Of a stretch of DNA of 64,000 nt, positions 1 to 15,000 are shown piece by piece. The notes beneath the pieces are model-generated. The model ran no database searches. It was not told the DNA's origin and was given only the letters and a program-made list of their open reading frames with translations. How positions within the stretch are numbered: position 1 is the first letter of the stretch; every line of letters starts with the position of its first letter. Source of the stretch: Eledone cirrhosa (Eukaryota); NCBI GenBank assembly GCA_964016885.1, contig OZ024742.1, positions 358,670,001 through 358,734,000 of the forward strand. The letters are read 5' to 3'. The translations under genes were made by a program, and so were the position numbers.

Positions 1-3000
1 CTGGTGGTGTTTACATGGTGTTACTTCTGTGGTGAACACCATTGGTAGCAGACTGGTGGTGTTTACATGGTGTTACTTCAGTGGTAAACACAATTTGTGG
101 CAGATTGGTGTTGTTTACATGGTATTACCTGTGTTGTAAACACCATTGGTAGCAGACTGGTGGTGTTTATATGGTGTTACTTCTGTGGTAAACACCATTG
201 GTAGCAGACTTGTGGTGATTACATGCTGTTACTTCTGTGGTAAACACCATTGGTAGCAGACTGGTGGTGTTTACATGGTGTTACTTCAGTGGTAAACATC
301 ATTAGTAGCAGACTGGTGGTGTTTACATGGTGTTACTTCTGTGGTAAACACCATTGGTAGCAGACTAATGGTGTTTATATGGTGTTACTTCAGTGGTAAA
401 CACCATTGGTAGCAGACTGGTGTTGTTTACATGGTGCTACTTCAGTGGTAAACATCATTGGTGGCAGACTGGTGGTGTTTACATGCTGTTACTTCTGTGG
501 TGAACACCATTGGTAGCAGACTGGTGGTGTTTACATGGTGTTACTTCAGTGGTAAACAACATTTGTGGCAGATTGGTGGTGTTTACATGGTATTACCTGT
601 TTGTAAACACTATTGGTAGCAGACTGGTGGTGTTTACATGGTGTTACTTCTGTGGTGAACACCATTGGTGGCAGACTGGTGGTGTTTACGTGGTGTTACT
701 TCAGTGGCAAACACCATTGGTAGCAGATTGGTGGTGTTTACGTGGTGTTACTTCAGTGGTAAACACCATTGGTAGCAGACTGGTGGTGTTTACATGATGT
801 TACTTCTGTGGTGACCACCATTGGTAGCAGACTGGTGGTATTTACATGGTGTTATTTCAGTGGTAAACACCATTTATGGCAGATTGGTGGTGTTTACATG
901 GTATTACCTGTGTTGTAAACAAAATTGGAGGCAGACTGGTGGTGTTTACATGGTGTTATTTCTGTGCTAAACACCATTGGTAGCAGACTGGTGGTGTTTA
1001 CATGGTATTACATATGTGGTGAACACCATTGGTAGCTACTGGTGGTGTTTAAATGTGTTACTTCTGTGGTGAACATCATTAGTAGCAGACTGGTGGTGTT
1101 TACATGGTGTTACTTCTGTGGTAAACACCATTGGTAGCAGACTAATGGTGTTTATATGGTGTTACTTCAGTGGTAAACACCATTGGTAGCAGACTGGTTG
1201 TGTTTACATGGTGTTACTTCAGTAGTAAATACCCTTGTTAGCAGACTGGTGGTGTTTACATGGTGTTACTTCTGTGGTGAACACCATTGGTAGCAGACTG
1301 GTGGTGTTTACATCGTGCTACTTGTGTGGTGAACACCATTGGTAGCAGACTGGTGGTGTTTACATGGTGTTACTTCTGTGGTGAACACCATTGGTAGCAG
1401 ACAGGTGGTGTTTACATCGTGCTACTTGTGTGGTGAACACCATTGGTAGCAGACTGGTGGTGTTTACATGGTGTTACTTCTGTGGTAAACACCATTGGTA
1501 GCAGACTGGTGGTGTTTACATGGTGTTACTTCTGTAGTAAACACCATTGGTAGCAGACTGGTGGTGTTTACATGGTGTTACTTCTGTGGTGAACACCATT
1601 AGTAGCAGACTGGTGGTGTTTACATGGTGTTACTTCTGTGTTAAACACCATTGGTAGCAGACTGCTGGTGTTTACATGGTGTTACTTCTGTGGTAAACAC
1701 CATTGGTAGCAGACTGCTGGTGTTTACATGGTATTAACTGTGAATAAACACCATTGGTACCAGACTTGTGGTGTTTACATGGTGTTACTTCTGTGGTAAA
1801 CACCATTGGGAGCAGACTGGTGGTGTTTATATGGTCTAACATCTGTGGTGAACACCATTGGTAGCAGACTGGTGGTGTTTACATGGTGTTACTTCTGTGG
1901 TAAACACCATTGTTAGCAGACTGGTGGTGTTTATATGCTGTTACTTCTGTGGTAAACGCCATTGGTAGCAGACTGGTGGTTTTTACATGGTGTTACTTCA
2001 GTAGTATACATCATTGGTGGCAGACTGGTGGTGTTTACATGGTATTACCTGTGTTGTAAACACCATTGGTAGCAGACTGGTGGTGTTTACATGGTGTTAC
2101 TTCTGTGGTAAACACCATTGGTAGCAGACTGGTGGTGATTACATGCTGTTACTTCTGTGGTAAACACCATTGGTAGCAGACTGGTGGTGTTTACATGGTG
2201 TTACTTCAGTAGTATACATCATTAGTAGCAGACTGGTGGTGTTTACATGGTGTTACTTCTGTGGTAAACACCATTGGTAGCAGACTAGTGGTGTTTACAT
2301 GGTGTTACTTCAGAGGTAAACACCATTGGTAGCAGACTGGTGTTGTTTACATGGTGCTACTTCAGTGGTAAACATCATTGGTGGCAGACTGGTGGTGTTT
2401 ACATGCTGTTACTTCTGTGGTAAACAACATTTGTGGCAGATTGGTGGTGTTTACATGGTATTACCTGTTTGTAAACACCATTGGTAGCAGACTGGTGGTG
2501 TTTACATGGTGTTACTTCTGTGGTGAACACCATTGGTGGCAGACTGGTGGTGTTTCCGTGGTGTTACTTCAGTGGCAAACAGCATTGGTAGCAGATTGGT
2601 GGTGTTTACGTGGTGTTACTTCAGTGGTAAAGACCATTGGTAGCAGACTGGTGGTGTTTACATGATGTTACTTCTGTGGTGACCACCATTGGTAGCAGAC
2701 TGGTGGTATTTACATGGTGTTATTTCAGTGGTAAACACCATTTATGGCAGATTGGTGGTGTTTACATGGTATTACCTGTGTTGTAAACAAAATTGGAGGC
2801 AGACTGGTGGTGTTTACATGGTGTTACTTCTGTGGTGAACACCATTGGTAGCAGACTGGTGGTGTTTACATGGTATTACATATGTGGTGAACACCATTGG
2901 TAGCTACTGCTGGTGTTTAAATGTGTTACTTCTGTGGTGAACACCATTGGTAGCAGACTGGTGGTGTTTACATGGTGTTACTTCAGCAGTAAGTACCTTT

Positions 3001-6000
3001 GGTAGCAGACTGGTGGTGTTTACATGGTGTTCCTTCTGTGGTGAAAACCATTGGTAGCAGACTGGTGGTGTTTACATGGTGTTCCTTCTGTGGTGAAAAC
3101 CATTGGTAGCAGACTGGTGGTGTTTACATCGTGCTACTTGTGTGGTGAACACCATTGGTAGCAGACTGGTGGTGTTTACATGGTGTTACTTCTGTGGTGA
3201 ACACCATTGGTAGCAGACTGGTGGTGTTTACATGGTGTTACTTCTGTGGTGAACACCATTGGTAGCAGACTGGTGGTGTTTACATCGTGCTACTTGTGTG
3301 GTGAACACCATTGGCAGCAGACTGGTGGTGTTTACATGGTGTTACTTCTGTGGTGAACACCATTGGTGGCAGACTGGTGGTGTTTACATCGTGCTACTTG
3401 TGTGGTGAACACCATTGGTAGCAGACTGGTGGTGTTTACATGGTGTTACTTCTGTGGTGAACACCATTGGTAGCAGACTGGTGGTGTTTACATCGTGCTA
3501 CTTGTGTGGTGAACACCATTGGTAGCAGACTGGTGGTGTTTACATGGTGTTACTTCTGTGGTGAACACCATTGGTAGCAGACTGGTGGTGTTTAAATGGT
3601 GTTACTTCTGTGGTAAACACCATTGGTAGCAGACTGGTGGTGTTTACATCGTGCTACTTGTGTGGTGAACACCATTGGTAGCAGACTGGTGGTGTTTACA
3701 TGGTGTTACTTCTGTGGTGAACACCATTGGTAGCAGACTGGTGGTGTTTAAATGGTGTTACTTCTGTGGTAAACACCATTGGTAGCAGACTGGTGGTATT
3801 TACATGGTGTTACTTCTGTGGTGAACACCATTGGTGGCAGACTGGTGGTGTTTAAGTGGTTTTTCTTCATTGGTAAACACCACTTGTAGCAGACTGGTGG
3901 TGTTGACATGGTGTTACTTCTGTCGTGAACACCATTTGTAGCAGACTGGTGGTGTTTACATGGTGTTACTTCTGTGTTAAACACCATTGTTAGCAGACTG
4001 CTGGTGTTTACATGGTATTACTTCTGTGGTAAACACCATTGGTAGCAGACTGCTGCTGTTTAGATGGTATTAACTGTGAATAAACACCATTGGTAGCAGA
4101 CTGGTGGTGTTTACATGGTGAAACTTCTGTGGTAAACACCATTGGTAGCAGACTGGTGGTGTTTACATGGTGTTACTTCTGTGGTAAACACCATTGTTAG
4201 CAGACTGGTGGTGTTTACATGCTGTTACTTCTGTGGTAAACGCCATTGGTAGCAGACTGGTGTTGTTTACATGGTGTTACTTCAGTGGTAAACACCATTG
4301 GTGGCAGACTGGTGGTTTTTACATGGTGTTACGTCTGTGGTAAACACCAGTGGTGGCAGAATTGTGGTGTGTACATGGTGTTACTTCTGTGGTGAACACC
4401 ATTGCTAGCAGACTGGTGGTGTTTACATGGTGTTACTACAGTGGTAAACACAATTTGTGGCAGATTGGTGTTGTTTACATGGTATTACCTGTGTTGTAAA
4501 CACCATTGGTAGCAGACTGGTGGTGTTTACATGGTGTTACTTCTGTGGTAAACACCATTGGTAGCATACTGGTGGTGTTTACATGGTGTTACTTCTGTGG
4601 TGAACACCATTGGTAGCAGACTGGTGGTGTTTACATGATGTTACTTCTGTGGTAAAAACCATTGGTAGCAGACTGGTGGTGTTTACATGGTGTTACTTCT
4701 GTGGTAAACACCATTGGTAGCAGACTGGTGGTGTTTACTTGGTGTTACTTCTGTGGTGAACACCATTGGTAGCAGACTGGTGGTGTTTACATGATGTTAC
4801 TTCTGTGGTAAAAACCATTGTTAGCAGACTGGTGGTGTTTACATGGTATTACTTCTGTTGTAAACACCATTATTAGCTGACTGGTGGTGTTTACATGGTA
4901 TTACATCTGTGGTGAACACCATTGGTAGCAGACTGGCGGTTCTTACATGTGTTACTTCTGTGGTGAACACCATTGGTGGTAGACTGGTGGTGTTTGCGTG
5001 GTGTTACTTCAGTGGTAAACAACCATTGGTAGCAGACTGGTGGTGTTTACGTGGTATTACATCTGTGGTGAACACCATTGGTAGCAGACTGGTGGTGTTT
5101 ACATGGTGTTTCTTCTGTGGTGAACAACTTTGGTAGCAGACTGGTGGTGTTTACATGGTGTTACTTCTGTGGTAAACACCATTAGTAGCAGACTGGTGGA
5201 GTTTACATGGTATTACTTCTGTGGTGAACACTATTGGTAGCAAACTGGTGGTGTTTACATGGTGTTACTTCTGTTGTGAACACCATTGGTAGCTGAAGGG
5301 TGGTGTTTACATGGTGTTACTTCTGTGCTAAACACCATTGGTAGCAGACTGGTGCTGTTTACATGGTGTTACTTCTGTGGTGAGCACCATTGATAGCAGA
5401 CTGGTGGTGTTTACATGGTGTTACCTTTGTGGTGAACACCATTGTTAACAGACTGGTGGTGTCTACATGGTGTTATTTCAGTGGTAAACACCATTGGTAG
5501 CAGACTGGTGCTGTTTACATGGTATTACTTCTATGGTGAACACCATTGCTAGCAGACTGCTGGTGTTTACATGGTATTACTTCTCTAGTAAACACCATTG
5601 TTAGCAGACTGCTGGTGTTTACATGGTATAACGTCTGTGGTGAACACCATTGGTGGCAGACTGGTGGTGTTTACATGGTGTTACTTCAGTGGTAAACACC
5701 ATTGGTAGCAGACTGGTGGTGTTTACATGGTGTTACTTCTGTGGTAAACACCATTGGGAGCAGACTGGTGGTGTTTATATGGTGTATCTTCTGTGGTGAA
5801 CACCATTGGTAGCAGACTGGTGTTGTTTACATGGTGTTACTTCTGTGCTAAACACCATTGGTAGCAGACTGGTGCTGTTTACATGGTGTTACTTCTGTTG
5901 TGAACACCATTGGTAGCAAACTGGTGGTGTTTACAGGATGTTACTTCTGTTGTAAACACCATTGGTAGCAGACTGGTGGTGTTTACATGGTGTTACTTCT

Positions 6001-9000
6001 GTGTTAAACACCATTGTTAGCAGACTGCTGGTGTTTACATGGTGTTACTTCTGTGGTAAACACCATTGGTAGCAGACTGCTGGTGTTTAGATGGTATTAA
6101 CTGTGAATAAACACCATTGGTAGCAGACTGGTGGTGTTTACATGGTGAAACTTCTGTGGTAAACACCATTGGTAGCAGACTGGTGGTGTTTACATGGTGT
6201 TACTCCTGTGGTAAACACCATTGTTAGCAGACTGGTGGTGTTTACATGCTGTTACTTCTGTGGTAAACGCCATTGGTAGCAGACTGGTGTTGTTTACATG
6301 GTGTTACTTCAGTGGTAAACACCATTGGTGGCAGACTGGTGGTTTTTACATGGTGTTACGTCTGTGGTAAACACCAGTGGTGGCAGAATTGTGGTGTGTA
6401 CATGGTGTTACTTCTGTGGTGAACACCATTGCTAGCAGACTGGTGGTGTTTACATGGTGTTACTACAGTGGTAAACACAATTTGTGGCAGATTGGTGTTG
6501 TTTACATGGTATTACCTGTGTTGTAAACACCATTGGTAGCAGACTGTTGGTGTTTACATGGTGTTACTTCTGTGGTAAACACCATTGGTAGCATACTGGT
6601 GGTGTTTACATGGTGTTACTTCTGTGGTGAACACCATTGGTAGCAGACTGGTGGTGTTTACATGATGTTACTTCTGTGGTAAAAACCATTGGTAGCAGAC
6701 TGGTGGTGTTTACATGGTGTTACTTCTATGGTAAACACCATTGGTAGCAGACTGGTGGTGTTTACTTGGTGTTACTTCTGTGGTGAACACCATTGGTAGC
6801 AGACTGGTGGTGTTTACATGATGTTACTTCTGTGGTGAAAACCATTGGTAGCAGACTGGTGGTGTTTACATGGTATTACTTCTGTTGTAAACACCATTAT
6901 TAGCTGACTGGTGGTGTTTACATGGTATTACATCTGTGGTGAACACCATTGGTAGCAGACTGGCGGTTCTTACATGTGTTACTTCTGTGGTGAACACCAT
7001 TGGTGGTAGACTGGTGGTGTTTGCGTGGTGTTACTTCAGTGGTAAACAACCATTGGTAGCAGACTGGTGGTGTTTACGTGGTATTACATCTGTGGTGAAC
7101 ACCATTGGTAGCAGACTGGTGGTGTTTACATGGTGTTTCTTCTGTGGTGAACAACTTTGGTAGCAGACTGGTGGTGTTTACATGGTGTTACTTCTGTGGT
7201 AAACACCATTGGTAGCAAACTGGTGGTGTTTACATGGTGTTATTTCAGTGGTAAACACCATTGGTAGCAGACTGGTGCTGTTTACATGGTATTACTTCTA
7301 TGGTGAACACCATTGCTAGCAGACTGGTGGTGTTTACATGCTGTTACTTCTCTGGTGAGCACCATTGTTAGCAGACTGCTGGTGTTTACATGGTATTACT
7401 TCTCTAGTAAACACCATTGTTAGCAGACTGCTGGTGTTTACATGGTATAACGTCTGTGGTGAACACCATTGGTGGCAGACTGGTGGTGTTTACATGGTGT
7501 TACTTCAGTGGTAAACACCATTGGTAGTAGACTGGTGGTGTTTACATGGTGTTACTTCTGTGGTAAACACCATTGGGAGCAGACTGGTGGTGTTTATATG
7601 GTGTATCCTCTGTGGTGAACACCATTGGTAGCAGACTGGTGGTGTTTACATGGTGTTACTTCTGTGGTAAACGCCATTGTTAGCAGACTGGTGTTGTTTA
7701 CATGGTGTTACTTCTGTGCTAAACACCATTGGTAGCAGACTGGTGGTGTTTACATGGTATTACTTCTGTTGTAAACACCATTATTAGCTGACTGGTGGTG
7801 TTTACATGGTATTACATCTGTGGTGAACACCATTGGTAGCAGACTGGCGGTTCTTACATGTGTTACTTCTGTGGTGAACACCATTGGTGGTAGACTGGTG
7901 GTGTTTGCGTGGTGTTACTTCAGTGGTAAACAACCATTGGTAGCAGACTGGTGGTGTTTACGTGGTATTACATCTGTGGTGAACACCATTGGTAGCAGAC
8001 TGGTGGTGTTTACATGGTGTTTCTTCTGTGGTGAACAACTTTGGTAGCAGACTGGTGGTGTTTACATGGTGTTACTTCTGTGGTAAACACCATTAGTAGC
8101 AGACTGGTGGAGTTTACATGGTATTACTTCTGTGGTGAACACTATTGGTAGCAAACTGGTGGTGTTTACATGGTGTTACTTCTGTTGTGAACACCATTGG
8201 TAGCTGAAGGGTGGTGTTTACATGGTGTTACTTCTGTGCTAAACACCATTGGTAGCAGACTGGTGCTGTTTACATGGTGTTACTTCTGTGGTGAGCACCA
8301 TTGATAGCAGACTGGTGGTGTTTACATGGTGTTACCTTTGTGGTGAACACCATTGTTAACAGACTGGTGGTGTCTACATGGTGTTATTTCAGTGGTAAAC
8401 ACCATTGGTAGCAGACTGGTGCTGTTTACATGGTATTACTTCTATGGTGAACACCATTGCTAGCAGACTGCTGGTGTTTACATGGTATTACTTCTCTAGT
8501 AAACACCATTGTTAGCAGACTGCTGGTGTTTACATGGTATAACGTCTGTGGTGAACACCATTGGTGGCAGACTGGTGGTGTTTACATGGTGTTACTTCAG
8601 TGGTAAACACCATTGGTAGCAGACTGGTGGTGTTTACATGGTGTTACTTCTGTGGTAAACACCATTGGGAGCAGACTGGTGGTGTTTATATGGTGTATCT
8701 TCTGTGGTGAACACCATTGGTAGCAGACTGGTGTTGTTTACATGGTGTTACTTCTGTGCTAAACACCATTGGTAGCAGACTGGTGCTGTTTACATGGTGT
8801 TACTTCTGTTGTGAACACCATTGGTAGCAAACTGGTGGTGTTTACAGGATGTTACTTCTGTTGTAAACACCATTGGTAGCAGACTGGTGGTGTTTACATG
8901 GTGTTACTTCTGTGTTAAACACCATTGTTAGCAGACTGCTGGTGTTTACATGGTGTTACTTCTGTGGTAAACACCATTGGTAGCAGACTGCTGGTGTTTA

Positions 9001-12000
9001 GATGGTATTAACTGTGAATAAACACCATTGGTAGCAGACTGGTGGTGTTTACATGGTGAAACTTCTGTGGTAAACACCATTGGTAGCAGACTGGTGGTGT
9101 TTACATGGTGTTACTCCTGTGCTAAACACCATTGTTAGCAGACTGGTGGTGTTTACATGCTGTTACTTCTGTGGTAAACGCCATTGGTAGCAGACTGGTG
9201 TTGTTTACATGGTGTTACTTCAGTGGTAAACACCATTGGTGGCAGACTGGTGGTTTTTACATGGTGTTACGTCTGTGGTAAACACCAGTGGTGGCAGAAT
9301 TGTGGTGTGTACATGGTGTTACTTCTGTGGTGAACACCATTGCTAGCAGACTGGTGGTGTTTACATGGTGTTACTACAGTGGTAAACACAATTTGTGGCA
9401 GATTGGTGTTGTTTACATGGTATTACCTGTGTTGTAAACACCATTGGTAGCAGACTGTTGGTGTTTACATGGTGTTACTTCTGTGGTAAACACCATTGGT
9501 AGCATACTGGTGGTGTTTACATGGTGTTACTTCTGTGGTGAACACCATTGGTAGCAGACTGGTGGTGTTTACATGATGTTACTTCTGTGGTAAAAACCAT
9601 TGGTAGCAGACTGGTGGTGTTTACATGGTGTTACTTCTATGGTAAACACCATTGGTAGCAGACTGGTGGTGTTTACTTGGTGTTACTTCTGTGGTGAACA
9701 CCATTGGTAGCAGACTGGTGGTGTTTACATGATGTTACTTCTGTGGTGAAAACCATTGGTAGCAGACTGGTGGTGTTTACATGGTATTACTTCTGTTGTA
9801 AACACCATTATTAGCTGACTGGTGGTGTTTACATGGTATTACATCTGTGGTGAACACCATTGGTAGCAGACTGGCGGTTCTTACATGTGTTACTTCTGTG
9901 GTGAACACCATTGGTGGTAGACTGGTGGTGTTTGCGTGGTGTTACTTCAGTGGTAAACAACCATTGGTAGCAGACTGGTGGTGTTTACGTGGTATTACAT
10001 CTGTGGTGAACACCATTGGTAGCAGACTGGTGGTGTTTACATGGTGTTTCTTCTGTGGTGAACAACTTTGGTAGCAGACTGGTGGTGTTTACATGGTGTT
10101 ACTTCTGTGGTAAACACCATTGGTAGCAAACTGGTGGTGTTTACATGGTGTTATTTCAGTGGTAAACACCATTGGTAGCAGACTGGTGCTGTTTACATGG
10201 TATTACTTCTATGGTGAACACCATTGCTAGCAGACTGGTGGTGTTTACATGCTGTTACTTCTCTGGTGAGCACCATTGTTAGCAGACTGCTGGTGTTTAC
10301 ATGGTATTACTTCTCTAGTAAACACCATTGTTAGCAGACTGCTGGTGTTTACATGGTATAACGTCTGTGGTGAACACCATTGGTGGCAGACTGGTGGTGT
10401 TTACATGGTGTTACTTCAGTGGTAAACACCATTGGTAGTAGACTGGTGGTGTTTACATGGTGTTACTTCTGTGGTAAACACCATTGGGAGCAGACTGGTG
10501 GTGTTTATATGGTGTATCCTCTGTGGTGAACACCATTGGTAGCAGACTGGTGGTGTTTACATGGTGTTACTTCTGTGGTAAACGCCATTGTTAGCAGACT
10601 GGTGTTGTTTACATGGTGTTACTTCTGTGCTAAACACCATTGGTAGCAGACTGGTGCTGTTTACATGGTGTTACTTCTGTTGTGAACACCATTGGTAGCA
10701 AACTGGTGGTGTTTACAGGATGTTACTTCTTTTGTAAACACCATTGGTAGCAGACTGGTGGTGTTTACATGGTGTTACTTCTGTGGTGAACACAATTGGT
10801 CGCAGACTGATGGTGTTTACATGGTGTTACTTCTGTGGTGCACACCATTGGTAGCAGACTGGTGGTGTTTACATGGTGTTACTTCAGTGGTAAACACAAT
10901 TTGTGGCAGATTGGTGTTGTTTACATGGTATTACCTGTGTTGAAAACACCATTGGTAGCAGACTGGTGGTGTTTATATGGTGTTACTTCTGTGGTAAACA
11001 CCATTGGTAGCAGACTGGTGGTGATTACATGCTGTTACTTCTGTGGTAAACACCATTGGTAGCAGACTGGTGGTGTTTACATGGTGTTACTTCAGTGGTA
11101 AACATCATTAGTAGCAGACTGGTGGTGTTTACATGGTGTTACTTCTGTGGTAAACACCATTGGTAGCAGACTAGTGTTGTTTACATGGTGTTACTTCAGT
11201 CGTAAACACCATTGGTAGCAGACTGGTGTTGTTTACATGGTGTTACCTGTGTTGTAAACAAAATTGGAGGCAGACTGGTGGTGTTTACATGGTGTTATTT
11301 CTGTGCTAAACACCATTGGTAGCAGACTTGTGGTGTTTACATGGTGTTACTTCTGTTGTGAACACCATTGGTAGCTACTGGTGGTGTTTAAATGTGTTAC
11401 TTCTGTGGTGAACACCATTGGTAGCAGACTGGTGGTGTTTACATGGTGTTACTTCAGCAGTAAGTACCTTTGGTAGCAGACTGGTACTGTTTACATGGTG
11501 TTTCTTCTGTGGTGAACACCATTGGTAGCAGACAGGTGGTGTTTACATCGTGCTACTTGTGTGGTGAACACCATTGGTAGCAGACTGGTGGTGTTTACAT
11601 GGTGTTACTTCTGTGGTAAACACCATTGGTAGCAGACTGGTGGTGCTTACATGGTGTTACTTCTGTGGTGAACACCATTGGTGGCAGACTGATGGTGTTT
11701 AAGTGGTGTTACTTCTGTGGTGAACACCATTGGTAGCAGACTGGTGGTGATTACATGCTGTTACTTCTGTGGTAAACACCATTAGTAGCAGACTGGTGGT
11801 GTTTACATGGTGTTACTTCTGTGTTAAACACCATTGGTAGCAGACTGCTGGTGTTTACATGGTGTTACTTCTGTGGTAAACACCATTGGTAGCAGACTGC
11901 TGGTGTTTACATGGTATTAACTGTGAATAAACACCATTGGTAGCAGACTGGTGGTGTTTACATGGTGTTACTTCTGTGGTAAACACCATTGGTAGCAGAC

Positions 12001-15000
12001 TGGTGGTGTTTACATGGTGTTACTGCTGTGGTAAACACCATTGTTAGCAGACTGGTGCTGTTTACATTCTGTTACTTCTGTGGTAAACACCATTGGTAGC
12101 AGACTGGTGTTGTTTACATGGTGTTACTTCAGTGGTAAACATCATTGGTGGCAGACTGGTGGTTTTTACATGGTGTTACGTCTGTGGTAAACACCAGTGG
12201 TGGCAGAATGGTGGTGTGTACATGGTGTTACTTCTGTGGTGAACACCATTGGTAGCAGACTGGTGGTGTTTACATGATGTTACTTCTGTGGTAAAAACCA
12301 TTGGTAGCAGACTGGTGGTGTTTACATGGTATTACATCTGTGGTGAACACCATTGGTAGCAGACTGGCGGTGCTTACATGTGTTACTTCTGTGGTGAACA
12401 CCATTGGTGGTAGACTGGTGGTGTTTGCGTGGTGTTACTCCAGTGGTAAACACCATTGGTAGCAGACTGGTGGTGTTTACATGGTATTACTTATCTAGTA
12501 AACACCATTGTTAGCAGACTGCTGGTGTTTACATGGTATAACGTGTGTGGTGAACACCATTGGTGGCAGACTGGTGGTGTTTACATGGTGTTACTTCAGT
12601 AGTAAACACCATTGGTAGCAGACTGATGGTGTTTACATGGTGTTACTTCCGTGGTGAACACCATTGGTAGCAGACTGGTGGTGTTTGCATGGTGTTACTT
12701 CTGTGGTAAACACCATTGGTGGCAGATTGGTGTTGTTTACATGGTGTTACTTCTGTGGTGAACACTATTGGTAGCAGACTGGTGGTATTTACATGGTGTT
12801 ACTTCTGTGGTGAACACCATTGGTAGCAGACTGGTGGTGTTTACATGATGTTACTTCTGTGGTAAACACCATTGGTAGCTGACTGGTGGTGTTTACATGG
12901 TATTACATCTGTGGTGAACACTATTGGCAGCAGACTGGTGGTGTTTACATGATGTTACTTCTGTGGTAAACACTATTGGTAGCTGACTGGTGGTGTTTAC
13001 ATGGTATTACATCTGTGGTGAAACACTATTGGTAGCAGACTGGTGGTGTTTACATGGTGTTACTTCAGTAATAAATACCATTGGTAGCAGACTGGTGGTG
13101 TTTACATGGTGTTACTTCTTTGGTAAACACCATTGGTAGCAGACTGGTGGTGTTTACAATGTGTTAATTCTGTGGTAAACACCATTGGTAGCTGACTGGT
13201 GGTGTTTACATGGTGTTACTTCTGTGGTGAACACTATTGGTAGCAGACTGGTGGTGTTTACATGGTGTTACTTCTGTGGTGAACACCATTGGTAGCTGAC
13301 TGGTGGTGTTTACATGGTGTTACTTCTGTGGTAAACACCATTGGTAGCAGACTGGTGGTGTTTACATGGTGGTACTTCTGTGGTGAACACCATTGGTGGC
13401 TGACTGGTGGTGTTTACATGGTGTTACTTCTGTGGTAAACACCATTGGTAGCAGACTGGTGGTGTTTACATGGTGTTACTTCTGTGGTGAACACCATTGG
13501 TGGCTGACTGGTGGTGTTTACATGGTGTTACTTCTGTGGTGAACACCATTGGTAACATACTGGTGGTGTTTACGTGGTGTTACATCAGTGGTAAACACCA
13601 TTGGTAGCAGACTGGTGGTGTTTACATGGTGGTACTTCTGTGGTAAACACCATTGGTAGCAGACTGGTGGTGTTTACATGGTGGTACTTCTATGGTAAAC
13701 ACCATTGGTAGCAGACTGGTGGTGTTTACATGTGTTATTTCTGTGGTGAACACCATTTGTGGCAGACTGGTGGTGTTTACATGGTGTTACTTCTGTGGTA
13801 AACACTATTGGTAGCAGACTGGTGGTGTTTACATGGTGTTACTTCTGTGGTAAACACCATTGGTAGCAGACTGGTGGTGTTTACATGGTGTTAATTCTGA
13901 GGTAAACACCATTGGTAGCAGACTGCTGGTGTTTACATGCTGTAATTTCTGTGGTAAACACCATCGGTAGCAGACTGGTGGTGTTTACATGGTGTTACTT
14001 CTGTGGTAAACACCATTGGTAGCGGATTGGTGGTGTTTACATGGTGTTACTTCTGTGGTAAACACCATTGGTAGCAGACTGGTGGTGTTTACATGGTGTT
14101 ACTTCAGGAGTAAACACCATTGGTAACAGACTGGTGGTGTTTACATGGTGTTACTTCTGTGGTGAACACCATTGGTAGCAGACTGGTGGTGTTTACATGG
14201 TGTTACTTCTGTGGTAAACACCATTGGTAGCAGACTGGTGGTGTTTACATGATGTTATTTCTGTGGTAAAGAACCATTGGTAGCAGACTGGTGGTGTTTA
14301 CGTGGTGTTACTTCTGTGGTAAACACCATTGGTAGCAGACTGGTGGTGTTTACATGGTGTTACTTATGTGGTAAACACCATTGGTAGCAGACTGGTGGTG
14401 TTTACATGATGTTACTTCTGTGGTAAAGAACCATTGGTAGCAGACTGGTGGTGTTTACATGGTGTTACTTCTGTGGTGAACACCATTGGTAGCAGACTGG
14501 TGGTGTTTACATGGTGTTACTTCTGTGGTAAACACCATTGGTAGCAGACTGGTGGTGTTTACATGATGTTACTCCTGTGGTAAAGAACCATTGGTAGCAG
14601 ACTGGTGGTGTTTACATGGTGTTACTTTTGTGGTAAACACCATTGGTAGCAGACTGGTGGTGTTTAGATGATGTTACTCCTGTGGTAAAGAACCATTGGT
14701 AGCAGACTGGTGGTTTTTACATGGTGTTACTTCTGTGGTAAACACCATTGGTAGCAGACTGGTGGTGTTTACATAGTATTACTTCTGTGGTAAACACCAT
14801 TGGTAGCAGACTGGTGGTGTTTACATGATGTTACTTCTGTGGTAAAGAACCATTTTGTAGCAGACTGGTGGTGTTTACATGGTGTTACTTCTGTGGTGAA
14901 CACCATAGGTAGCAGACTGGTGGTGTTTACATGGTGTTATTTCTGTGGTGAACCGCATAGGTAGCAGACTGGTGGTGTTTACATGGTGTTACTCCTGTGG

